From Deltaproteobacteria bacterium (GTDB lineage: Bacteria > Desulfobacterota > Dissulfuribacteria > Dissulfuribacterales > QOAL01): a DNA stretch of 64,000 nucleotides. A model generated the notes under the pieces. The model ran no database searches, was not told the DNA's origin, and was given only the letters and a program-made list of their open reading frames with translations. This document shows positions 48,856 to 57,816 of the stretch, piece after piece. The position numbers were made by a program, and so were the translations under genes. The stretch is from assembly GCA_027028245.1 (NCBI GenBank), contig JALVJO010000038.1, positions 17,545 through 81,544 of the forward strand. The letters run 5' to 3'. Within the stretch, counting starts at the first letter, position 1. Each line of letters opens with the position of its first letter.

Positions 48856-48884
48856 ATTTTCCCAAACAAAAACATTATTGTCAA
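48856..48884 (-). promoter_or_regulatory. Putative sigma70 promoter heading the 16-gene run
   Basis: Minus strand TTGACA-17 nt-GAAAAT with extended TG, about 50 nt before the ATG. Confidence 0.5.
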
Positions 48885-49148
48885 GTTAAACGCAATCTAA
48901 CTGTTAGAGTTCTTCTTAAATTCCAGCTTCAACTACAAAGATAAAATATTAAAGAAAATTATTAAATCACAAAAAAATAATTGTTTATATAAGATATTGA
49001 GGAGAGTGATGGGTCGGCCGGCGCCAAACAAGAAGACTATTCCTTTAAAACTGTCACTAGGACACAAAACTGGTTTCTCAATTGAATCAGGAAGACGGAA
49101 AGGGTGCTGCTGGAAGCCCGCTGAACAAGACGACTTTTGTGCTGCCAT

Positions 49149-49766
49149 TTAAATCAGGTTTCTCTGTTTGAGAAATTTTTTGATGGCAGCTTTATCTTTG
49201 CCTGAATCAGAACTTTGCACCAGCTCTTTTAAGACGGCATCGTCTATCTTGCCGCTCAACTTGTTTATCACCCTGTCGAGTACTGGAAACTTATTAAGGA
49301 CCTTTCTGGTAATGACTGCTGCTGCCAGAGAATCTTGGTCAGAGTCTGATTGCAGGTACTGATCAACGGGTCCATGATAACCAAAAGGCCTAAGCCATAT
49401 CATGGAATAATTATGTATAAAATACTGCTTTACCAGTGAATAGGTCTCCTGGGCAGTATTACCCTGCCTTATCCCGGGAATGGCTGAACTGGCAGGTCCT
49501 GTATAGCTGATGAATATATCCGCATCCCCCCTCTTAACCATATCCTGGCATTCATGGATATCTGAGCACGATTTCAGATTCACCGTGGTACCAGTTCTTT
49601 CATTTATGAAAACTGCAAGAACATTGCCTACAGTCTGCTGATCAGGAGATGAATCTACAGCCAGATTCAATATTCGGCCTACACACGAAATAGCCGAATC
49701 GCAAATTATAAATTGCAAAAATATTATAGTAATGAAGATAAAGAAGAATTCTGTCCTTTTCATCAT
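49149..49766 (-). CDS. Truncated OpuAC/glycine-betaine-like periplasmic binding protein
   Basis: RBS AGGAGG; signal then CVGR; DIFISYTG, WLRPFG and KFPVL..VINKLSGKI motifs. Short for a full SBP. Confidence 0.6.
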   Translation of the reverse strand: MMKRTEFFFIFITIIFLQFIICDSAISCVGRILNLAVDSSPDQQTVGNVLAVFINERTGTTVNLKSCSDIHECQDMVKRGDADIFISYTGPASSAIPGIRQGNTAQETYSLVKQYFIHNYSMIWLRPFGYHGPVDQYLQSDSDQDSLAAAVITRKVLNKFPVLDRVINKLSGKIDDAVLKELVQSSDSGKDKAAIKKFLKQRNLI

Positions 49767-49905
49767 GAAAGCCTCCTGATCTGTCATATCAATAAAATTC
49801 AAAGTTGGATGCGCTTATAAAAAACCTTATTAGCTGAATTGTCCAAGAAAAATTGGATCTTTGTTTAGGTTTCTCTATCAAAGTATTTTAAGGCTGCATG
49901 GGATT

Positions 49906-51279
49906 TCATATCATATCCAGAAGTTTCCACCACAGAAAATCAAGTGGGAACAGGACAACCACGGTGATGCCGGCCATGATAAGACAAATCCTCGTGGCAT
50001 GGGAAAATTTCTCCCCTGCCAGCTGCATTCCTACCACTATGGGAGGGGCTTGGTAAGGAAAGAGTACGGTTGAAAAGCCCAGCACCTGGATGTTTAGAAT
50101 GCTCGTAACAGGTATTCCTGCAGCCTTTGAAAGGGTTTCAGAAAACTGCGTGAATACTGCCGGCATTGCAGGCAATGTGGTTGCAACTCCTGTGGCTGTT
50201 GCTGCAACGCTTAGGGATAAATAATTTGAAAAATCATGCCCTGGTTTAAGGGGCAGCATTCCTAAAATCCTGTGTGCCAGGGCCTGGCCCGTACCCGAGC
50301 TGCTAATAAGCGAGCCCATTCCAAGAATTCCCGCCACAAAAATGATGGAAGCCCAGTTGATATCCCTGCTGAACCTCTTGCTGTCAAATACGGCCACGCC
50401 TGGAAACATGAGGAACACTGCTCCTGCCAGGGCAACCCATGCAGGAGATACATGATGCAGGAAATCTGACATCCACAGAAGGAGTAGTACGAACAAAGTA
50501 ACGGTCAGCAGCCTCTCATCACGCGAAAGAGGCGGGATTCCACGGGTTTTGTTGTTCTTGACCTGCACCGGCCTGTCCGGGAAGAGCCAGACAATTAAAA
50601 GCACTATCAACAACCCCTTTAATAAGCCCAGGACAGGAAAATGAAGCAGGAGGTAGGGTCCATAAAGCAGGCTTTCATGAAACAGGTTTTCAGATACGCC
50701 GATTAAAACCATGTTGGGTACATTGGCAGGCAGAACGGCAAAGGCCGGCAGAAATGAACCCAGAATGACTGCCAGGACAATACCGGTACGCCCCCTGCGT
50801 CCCTTTTGAAATCCGAAAAAATCGGCAACAGCCAGGGATATGGGCACAAGCAGCACCACCCTGCTCATTGCAGAGGGCATCAGAAAGCTGAAAAAAACGC
50901 TGCCTGCCACCAAACCGGCAATGATCTTCACGTATGAGCCGTGCAGGTGCTGCGCAATGAACTTTCCCAGTCGCCTGCCCAGCCCGGTAGTGGTTATGGC
51001 AGAGCCTATAACAAGACCTCCAAAGATCAGCCAAACAGCCGAGGAGGCAAATCCTGAAAATACAACTTCAGGCCTTGCAAGAGAAAACACAAGGCATACA
51101 ACAAAAAAACAAAGGGCGGTTATGTGCTGGGGGATTATTCCAGTTGCCCAAAAAGAGATTGAAAGAAGGCAGACCGCAGCTATTTTTTCCTGGCTGCCGG
51201 AGAAAAAAGAGGGCTGAAAAATCAATATAAAGATAGAAGCTGCTATGGCCGCACCCAGGACGGCTGGCTTTAATTTCAT
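49906..51279 (-). CDS. SLC13/DASS family permease (dicarboxylate/sulfate)
   Basis: FWATG..P, FSGF, LMPSA..R, PANVPN and LFPYQAPP motifs. Confidence 0.85.
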   Translation of the reverse strand: MKLKPAVLGAAIAASIFILIFQPSFFSGSQEKIAAVCLLSISFWATGIIPQHITALCFFVVCLVFSLARPEVVFSGFASSAVWLIFGGLVIGSAITTTGLGRRLGKFIAQHLHGSYVKIIAGLVAGSVFFSFLMPSAMSRVVLLVPISLAVADFFGFQKGRRGRTGIVLAVILGSFLPAFAVLPANVPNMVLIGVSENLFHESLLYGPYLLLHFPVLGLLKGLLIVLLIVWLFPDRPVQVKNNKTRGIPPLSRDERLLTVTLFVLLLLWMSDFLHHVSPAWVALAGAVFLMFPGVAVFDSKRFSRDINWASIIFVAGILGMGSLISSSGTGQALAHRILGMLPLKPGHDFSNYLSLSVAATATGVATTLPAMPAVFTQFSETLSKAAGIPVTSILNIQVLGFSTVLFPYQAPPIVVGMQLAGEKFSHATRICLIMAGITVVVLFPLDFLWWKLLDMI

Positions 51280-51671
51280 GGTTTTTGGAATTTATCCCTG
51301 TTTATTCCGGGCTTATCTGAATTTACCTTGGAATTAGCCATTGTATCCAGGTTGTGAAATACATTGAAAGGACTGAAACATTACCCTGTTTAGTCGGTCT
51401 TGTGTATGCCAGGAATCTTAAACAAGAATTCAATTTCACCTCTCTTCAGTTCAAGGAATTTAAAACCAAAAAACTCCAGGCCCTTCGCCTGTAACAAAAA
51501 GCTTCAGGAAAAATATTGTAAACATTTTCAAGATTTGGTAAATAAAAAATTTAACAATGACAGAAGATAAAATAAAATTTTGTGTAAAAATATAAAAACA
51601 GACTGCCCTGCAGTTTCTCTGTTGGCAACACTTTTTTTACTTAGCTTCCCAAAGGAACAATACAGGCCTAG

Positions 51672-53090
51672 ATGGAATCAGTGACCACAAACCATACAGC
51701 GAACAGCAGCCTTCAGGATCTCCTTCAACTTGCGTCAAGGCGTAAGCGGGGCATGTTTTTCATATTTGCTGGAACAGTTCTCCTGGTGACAGTTTGGACA
51801 TTTATCCAATCACCTGTTTATGAAATCAAATCAAAAGTAATGGTTAAATACGGCAGAGAATATATTTACCGGCCGGTTGACCTGTTGCAGCAGGGAGACG
51901 TTCAGCCCATGCTCTCTTTCAACAGGGAGGAAATTATCAACACGGAACTCCAGATCTTTAAAAGTTCCGAATTGATATCCGAGGTTATAAAATCCGTTGG
52001 AATGGATAAACTTTATCCAAAGATATATGATGATAAAAGGAGCGACCAGGAAAAGCTCTCGCTCGCTGTTGCCAGGTTTAAAAAGGACCTGGATGTCATA
52101 CACGTGAAGGGCTCGGGTGTAATACAGGTTACTTTCAGCCATAAAGACCCGGAAACCGCAGTCCAGGCCGTCAGCTGTCTCGAAGATCTTTTCAGGAATC
52201 GTCACTTGAAGATTTTCAAAAGTCCAAAGATAACATTTCTGGAAGAACAGCTTCAAACCTACAAGAACAAGCTGTTAAAATCACAGGCAGACTTGGAGGC
52301 GTTCAAACTAAAAAACCATATAATCTCATTAAAGGACCAAAAGCAGCTCCTGCTCCAGGAATATTCACGAATTCAGGCCCTTCTTGTTCAAGGGAAGGGA
52401 CGTGTAAGACAGCTGGAACAAAAGATAGCGGCCCTCAAAAAACGGTCCACCTATGTGCCAGTTGATGTGGTTATCTTTAAGGAAAAGGCTGAAAGCAATA
52501 ACATCGATACTGCCAAAGCCAGCCTCCTTGCCCTTCAGCTGGAAGAAAGAGACCTTCTCCAGAGATACCCTGAAAATAACAGATTGGTTAAAAACGTAAG
52601 GGCGAAAATCCATACTGTGCAAAATTTCCTGGATACCCAGGCCCAAAACAGGACCGTCAACAATAGAAGGGGTAAGAATAATGTTCACCAATACCTCGAA
52701 AGGCTTTTGATCGAGGCTGAAGCTGACAAAAAAGGACAGGAAGCAGAAAATGAGGTGTTGGAGAAGCAGCTTACAGAAATAGAAAATCAGCTCAAGGGAT
52801 TCAGCAAAAAAGAAGCCGTGCTCAACATGCTCAAGGAGAACGTGGAAATAAACGAAAAAAGCTATAAAAACTTCATTGGCAGGCTTGAAGAAACACGGAT
52901 TCTGGAGGCCATGGATAATCAGAAGATGGTAAGCATTGCCGTTATTGAAAAACCCTTCCTGCCAGTCAAGCCTGTAAGGCCCAAAAAAGGCTTGAATATT
53001 TTAATCGGAGTCATACTCGGGTCTGCCTTAAGCTTGTCTTATGCCTTGTTTTACGATTACCTGTTTGTCAGTAAAAAAGGAACTTCCTGA
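51672..53090 (+). CDS. GumC/Wzz-like polysaccharide co-polymerase (no kinase domain)
   Basis: Two TMs flanking a long coiled coil; PVY, and P..PVRPKK..NI.IG before TM2. Confidence 0.88.
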   Translation: MESVTTNHTANSSLQDLLQLASRRKRGMFFIFAGTVLLVTVWTFIQSPVYEIKSKVMVKYGREYIYRPVDLLQQGDVQPMLSFNREEIINTELQIFKSSELISEVIKSVGMDKLYPKIYDDKRSDQEKLSLAVARFKKDLDVIHVKGSGVIQVTFSHKDPETAVQAVSCLEDLFRNRHLKIFKSPKITFLEEQLQTYKNKLLKSQADLEAFKLKNHIISLKDQKQLLLQEYSRIQALLVQGKGRVRQLEQKIAALKKRSTYVPVDVVIFKEKAESNNIDTAKASLLALQLEERDLLQRYPENNRLVKNVRAKIHTVQNFLDTQAQNRTVNNRRGKNNVHQYLERLLIEAEADKKGQEAENEVLEKQLTEIENQLKGFSKKEAVLNMLKENVEINEKSYKNFIGRLEETRILEAMDNQKMVSIAVIEKPFLPVKPVRPKKGLNILIGVILGSALSLSYALFYDYLFVSKKGTS

Positions 53091-53872
53091 TGTTGATTAT
53101 CCCTAAAGCAATATTTTCCATCCCTGGAAGCACCTTTTTGCCGAAAAAACCCGTATTGCTCTCAATTGCAGCTGCATTTTTTGCGGTATTGCTCCTTCAA
53201 GGCTGCAGTAATTCCCTGGTGAAAGAGCCCGTGGTTCCTGAGCAGGTTGGCAACATGCCCCTGCCTGACCAGTCCGTCAATGCCTCTATCCCTGAATATG
53301 TCATCCGCGCCGGAGATGAACTTGACATCAAGTTCTTTTATAACCGTGAATTGAATGAAAGGGTGACAGTCAGGCCTGATGGCCGTATTTCTCTGCAGCT
53401 GGTTCATGATGTCCCTGCAGCAGGTCTGTCGCCTGAAGAATTGACCCGAATCCTTTCAAGAAGGTATGCGGCTCACATCAAGGAGCCCGAAATCTCCGTA
53501 ATTGTCAAGTCATCAGGATCCAGAAGGATTTTTGTTGACGGGCAGGTCAAGAACCCCGGACTGGTTGCCATGGGCGGCTACATGAATGTCCTTCAGGCAC
53601 TGGCAAGCGCAGGTGGCGTGATGGATAGCGCACTTGAAAGCCAAGTCCTTGTAATACGCAGAAACGGCCTGGGAAAACCGTTTATAATTGCCGTAGACGT
53701 GGAAAAAATCCGCTCTGGAGAGGACACATCACAAAACATAGAGCTCAAACCCTATGATATAGTATTTGTTCCAAAATCCAGAATTGCACAGGTCAATACG
53801 TGGGTGGACCTGTACCTCAGAAAGAACATTCCCTTTGACTTCAGCGCAGGAGTCTACCGAAGTCTGGATTAA
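53090..53872 (+). CDS. Wza-like polysaccharide export lipoprotein
   Basis: Lipobox LQGC; YVIRAGDELDI, VRPDGRISL, GQVKNPG and LKPYDIVFVP motifs. Confidence 0.9.
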   Translation: MLIIPKAIFSIPGSTFLPKKPVLLSIAAAFFAVLLLQGCSNSLVKEPVVPEQVGNMPLPDQSVNASIPEYVIRAGDELDIKFFYNRELNERVTVRPDGRISLQLVHDVPAAGLSPEELTRILSRRYAAHIKEPEISVIVKSSGSRRIFVDGQVKNPGLVAMGGYMNVLQALASAGGVMDSALESQVLVIRRNGLGKPFIIAVDVEKIRSGEDTSQNIELKPYDIVFVPKSRIAQVNTWVDLYLRKNIPFDFSAGVYRSLD

Positions 53873-54315
53873 GACACACCCGTTTTTATATGCCTGGATG
53901 ATTTTTTCATATCCCGGCAATTCCCTGTAAGCTCTTTTTGCCCACTTCTGGAAAAACGCCTTTCCTGCATTCCGGCCAATCATATTGCTTGAAATAACAA
54001 AGACTAAGGTGTAAAAATTGCGTTTTAAAGAAGCTTCATTGTCTTGACTTTGTGAAAAAATGGTGCTTTTATTTACTAAATATTAGACTATTTGTGTTTT
54101 CAGGCAACTGCCGGGCAGTGAGGGGAGAGTCTTTTGTCCTGTTTTTTATCTGAAAAAACTAAAATGGACTGCGTTCTTTAATTAAGGAAGTAAAAATATT
54201 TGCAACACAACATGAGTCATTATTCACTTTCAAAATGCTCCTGGTACATTAACAGCTTATTGGGTCGGATTGCTTTTTAATTCGGCCTTAATCCTAAAGG
54301 GAAGAGGGAGGAGTT

Positions 54316-55116
54316 ATGAGGAAAACCGTTTTCATCGCTACAATCCTATTGGCCGCACTACTTTGTCTTTCTGCAGGAAATGGTTCATGTGGAGATGATA
54401 ATTCTCAGACCAAGCTGCAGAACAGTGATTGTGTCAAATGTCATCCACAGGTAGTCCACGAGAACCAGGAGGCAGGGGGAAAGCATAAAACAGCGGTCGG
54501 ATGCCTTGACTGCCACGAGGGAGGACATCCCCCGCTGGTGCCGGCAGAACAGATAATACCAGAGTGTTCAAAATGTCACCAGGGAGAAGCACATTTTGAG
54601 CTTAAGGGCTGCCTGAAATGTCATCAAAACCCTCATCAGCCACTAAATATCGTTTTCAGTGAAAAAAGCAATATCGCAGCCTGCAATACCTGCCACCCCG
54701 AGCAGGTGGAAGAGGTCAAGAATAATCCCAGCGCCCACAGCAAGATTGACTGTACTTACTGCCATACCAAGCATGGCTACATTCCAGACTGCATGAAATG
54801 CCATGAACCCCACCGTGAGGGGCAGCAGTTCAAGGATTGCGTCTCCTGCCACAAGGTACACCAGCCTCTGAATGTTGCTTACGGCGATAATATTCCGAAC
54901 CAGGATTGCGGAGCCTGCCATGGAGACCTGGTAGATGAACTCGAATCCAGCAATACCAAGCATTCCAAACTGAAATGTGTTTACTGTCATAAAGCCAAGC
55001 ACGGTATGAAACCAGCCTGCCAGGATTGTCACGGAGTGCCTCATCCCGCTCCAATGATGCAGAAATTCAAAAACTGCACTGACTGCCATAATGACCCGCA
55101 TGCGCTGGTCAAATAG
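54316..55116 (+). CDS. Periplasmic dodecaheme c-type cytochrome
   Basis: RBS GGAGG, signal peptide, 12 CxxCH. Confidence 0.93.
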   Translation: MRKTVFIATILLAALLCLSAGNGSCGDDNSQTKLQNSDCVKCHPQVVHENQEAGGKHKTAVGCLDCHEGGHPPLVPAEQIIPECSKCHQGEAHFELKGCLKCHQNPHQPLNIVFSEKSNIAACNTCHPEQVEEVKNNPSAHSKIDCTYCHTKHGYIPDCMKCHEPHREGQQFKDCVSCHKVHQPLNVAYGDNIPNQDCGACHGDLVDELESSNTKHSKLKCVYCHKAKHGMKPACQDCHGVPHPAPMMQKFKNCTDCHNDPHALVK

Positions 55117-55132
55117 ATTGAAGGAGGAGATT

Positions 55133-56116
55133 ATGAAAAGCAAGATTTGGGCTGGTTGCCTTTTGGTTCTGGCTGCCATGTTTACCTTGTTCTTGTGTGC
55201 CGCCTGTGCAAAGCAGATTCAGGGGCCTGTCAAAACTGAAAAACATGCCCAGCCAGCAAAGGACACCCAGGTACAGAAGGAACAGCCTGCTGAAACTGTA
55301 GCAGAATCTGAACAAGAAAAATCAGATCAGACAGGAGCTGAGCTGTATCAGCAGGAACCAAGATCCATGAAACCGGTGGAATGCGGCGCCTGCCACAAGC
55401 GTGAATATACCAGGTTAAAGGAAAGCAACAGCAGGCACAGATTCGACTGTCTGAATTGTCACACCAAGCTTCATGCCTATATTCCTCCCAAAAACAATTA
55501 TGCGGAGATAATGCCTAAATGCGCCAGGTGCCATGGTGCTCCTCACGGCAAGGCATTTACCAAGTGCCTCCAGTGCCACGAAGACCCTCATTCTCCAAAG
55601 GATATCCCCTTTTCCGCTGTGTCCAAAAAGATCAGGATAAAGGGCGGAAAATCCGTGGTCGCCTGCCAGGTGTGCCATTACGAACCTGAAGGACGGGAAA
55701 TGGAAACTCATCCCTGTAAGCACAACAAAGAGATGGGCTGTACAGGCTGTCATGCCGACAAACACGGTGTCAAACCATCCTGTCTGGATTGTCATGAGCC
55801 GCATATTCCCGGGCAGACGTATGCTGACTGCCTTGTATGCCATCGTCCCCACAGCGCTAAAAACATCCTGAAATATCCTGAAGATATGAACAACCAGGTG
55901 TGTGGTTCTTGTCACACCACCATTTATGAAGATCTGCAGAAAAACCATACCAAGCATTCGGAGCTGCATTGTGCAGAATGTCATGAACGGCACGGGCAAA
56001 TACCAAAATGCCAGGATTGCCACGGGCTGCCTCATGGTGCTGCACTTCATAAAAAATTTCCAAACTGTCTGGAGTGTCATATTGACCCGCACAACCTGCC
56101 GGTTTTGAAAAAATAA
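55133..56116 (+). CDS. Dodecaheme c-type cytochrome, probable lipoprotein
   Basis: RBS AGGAGG before ATG 55133; signal ending CAAC, Q/E/P-rich linker, 12 CxxCH. Confidence 0.92.
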   Translation: MKSKIWAGCLLVLAAMFTLFLCAACAKQIQGPVKTEKHAQPAKDTQVQKEQPAETVAESEQEKSDQTGAELYQQEPRSMKPVECGACHKREYTRLKESNSRHRFDCLNCHTKLHAYIPPKNNYAEIMPKCARCHGAPHGKAFTKCLQCHEDPHSPKDIPFSAVSKKIRIKGGKSVVACQVCHYEPEGREMETHPCKHNKEMGCTGCHADKHGVKPSCLDCHEPHIPGQTYADCLVCHRPHSAKNILKYPEDMNNQVCGSCHTTIYEDLQKNHTKHSELHCAECHERHGQIPKCQDCHGLPHGAALHKKFPNCLECHIDPHNLPVLKK

Positions 56117-56140
56117 TAACGGCATTACAAGCAGAACAAC

Positions 56141-56194
56141 AAAGGGCCCGGCTGCCCCTAAGAGGTATCCGGGCCTTTCCTTTTTCATTTTTTT
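56141..56194 (+). terminator. Putative intrinsic terminator after cytochrome pair
   Basis: AAAGGGCCCGG...CCGGGCCTTT stem followed by T-rich run. Confidence 0.55.
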
Positions 56195-56254
56195 CAAGTT
56201 ACGAGCTTTAAAAGACGAACAGACCAATAAAAGACTGCCCAAGAGGATGGTTCT

Positions 56255-57682
56255 ATGAAACTGTTTGTCTCATGCCTTAATATTTCAATCTTTTTGACTG
56301 TACTCGTAGGATTGATGGTACCTGCCATTTCTTTTTGTGAAGACCTCTACGTGGATTGCTATTCCGGGAGAGATACAGGCAGGGCTTCTTCTCAAACACC
56401 ATGGAAAACAATTGGGGCTGCATTAAAACATGCCAGAAATTCAGATGTAATTTACATAGAGCCCGGCACTTATCACGAGTCCTTGAACCTTGCCATGATC
56501 CCCCTCAGGGGGGTCAGCCTTGTGGGAATATCTGACAACGGAAACAGGCCGGTTATTCACTCCGAATCTCCAGACACTGATACAATCTTTCTGGTCAACT
56601 ATTATGGTGTGGTAAAAAATCTGGACATTACAGGTGCAGCAAACTCGCATGGAATAAACTGCATTGCAAATGGCGGCAGAAATCAGGCTGAAATCTCAAG
56701 ATGTAATATTTACGGCAATAACGTGGGAGTGCATGTCACCACTGTTGGAAACAGCAGTTCGGAGTGCATCCCTTTTATTCATGACAACAAAATATTTTCC
56801 AATGTCACACAGGGCATAGGAAATATGGGCCATTCAAGTGCCTTGATACAAAGAAATATTATAAATGACAATGGCAGCGGTGAGGCTGGAAATGGCGGCA
56901 TCGGAAACAGGGATAATTCATCTGCTCAAATTATAGGAAATATCATTTATGCAAACAATCACTCAGGCATAGCAGTACGTGACCATGCCTCCCCCAAGAT
57001 CGTGAACAACACCATATATAATCACAGTTTCTCCGGGAATCAGGCTGCTGGTATAAGGTTTGCCAACCCGCCCAATAATGACCCCACATCCATAATAAAC
57101 AATATAATTGCGCAGAATACCTTTGGCTTACTTACAAAGCCTGGCAGTTCATTGCCTGTCATTGATTATAATCTGGTTTGGAATAACTCGGCAGCCGACT
57201 ATAAGGGATTCCAAAAGGGAGAACATGGCATATCTGCTGACCCGCTCATGCTGAATCCTGAAAATGGCGACTTTCATTTGACGGCAGATTCGCCATGCAT
57301 AGATGCAGGCCTTACGAGCGATTTGTCAAAATATCCGGATTTTGACGGGATCCAGCGGCCGGTTGGGGCCTCCACAGACATTGGTGCCTATGAATACATT
57401 GATGAGTCTGAATCTCCTTCAAGGCCGACGCCTCCAGTTATCGCAGCTGAAGTAAATGGACAGAATATAAATATCACCTGGAATCAGGTTCCATGGGCCA
57501 ACCGTTATATTCTCTTTTATGCCCCAGAAGATATTAGTTACATAAACACCATAAACTTGGAAAACCGCAAGGAATTTTCTACCAAATTATGGGATGGAGC
57601 CGCTTTTTTCGTGGCGGTTAAAGCATGCAATAATGAAGGATGCAGCGATTTTTCAGACATTAAATATCTTGAGATAAATTAG
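56255..57682 (+). CDS. Secreted parallel beta-helix protein with C-terminal FN3-like domain
   Basis: LYVD...PWKTI..AL cap, PbH repeats, DPL..DFHL.ADSPCIDAG..DIGAYE, then ITWNQV..Y..AVKA.N. Confidence 0.82.
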   Translation: MKLFVSCLNISIFLTVLVGLMVPAISFCEDLYVDCYSGRDTGRASSQTPWKTIGAALKHARNSDVIYIEPGTYHESLNLAMIPLRGVSLVGISDNGNRPVIHSESPDTDTIFLVNYYGVVKNLDITGAANSHGINCIANGGRNQAEISRCNIYGNNVGVHVTTVGNSSSECIPFIHDNKIFSNVTQGIGNMGHSSALIQRNIINDNGSGEAGNGGIGNRDNSSAQIIGNIIYANNHSGIAVRDHASPKIVNNTIYNHSFSGNQAAGIRFANPPNNDPTSIINNIIAQNTFGLLTKPGSSLPVIDYNLVWNNSAADYKGFQKGEHGISADPLMLNPENGDFHLTADSPCIDAGLTSDLSKYPDFDGIQRPVGASTDIGAYEYIDESESPSRPTPPVIAAEVNGQNINITWNQVPWANRYILFYAPEDISYINTINLENRKEFSTKLWDGAAFFVAVKACNNEGCSDFSDIKYLEIN

Positions 57683-57816
57683 CCAGGACCCCAATCCGGT
57701 TTTGACCTGACGGGGTGAAAAATTTAGGCCCTAAACAGAGACCTTGGCATCACTTTTAATTCTGGGCGGAAGGGGGAAGGCTGCACCTGCCCTCCCCGTC
57801 TCTTTGCAGTCTCCTT

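Noticed and set aside
49000-49145. Possible tRNA-Sec or ncRNA in the intergenic GC-richer patch starting GGAAG
   Set aside because: No cloverleaf, UCA anticodon arm or T-loop could be formed by eye.
34973-56242. Long, mutually similar antisense ORFs (34973-35584, 54643-55179, 55415-56242)
   Set aside because: They are reverse-strand shadows of the CxxCH-rich cytochromes.
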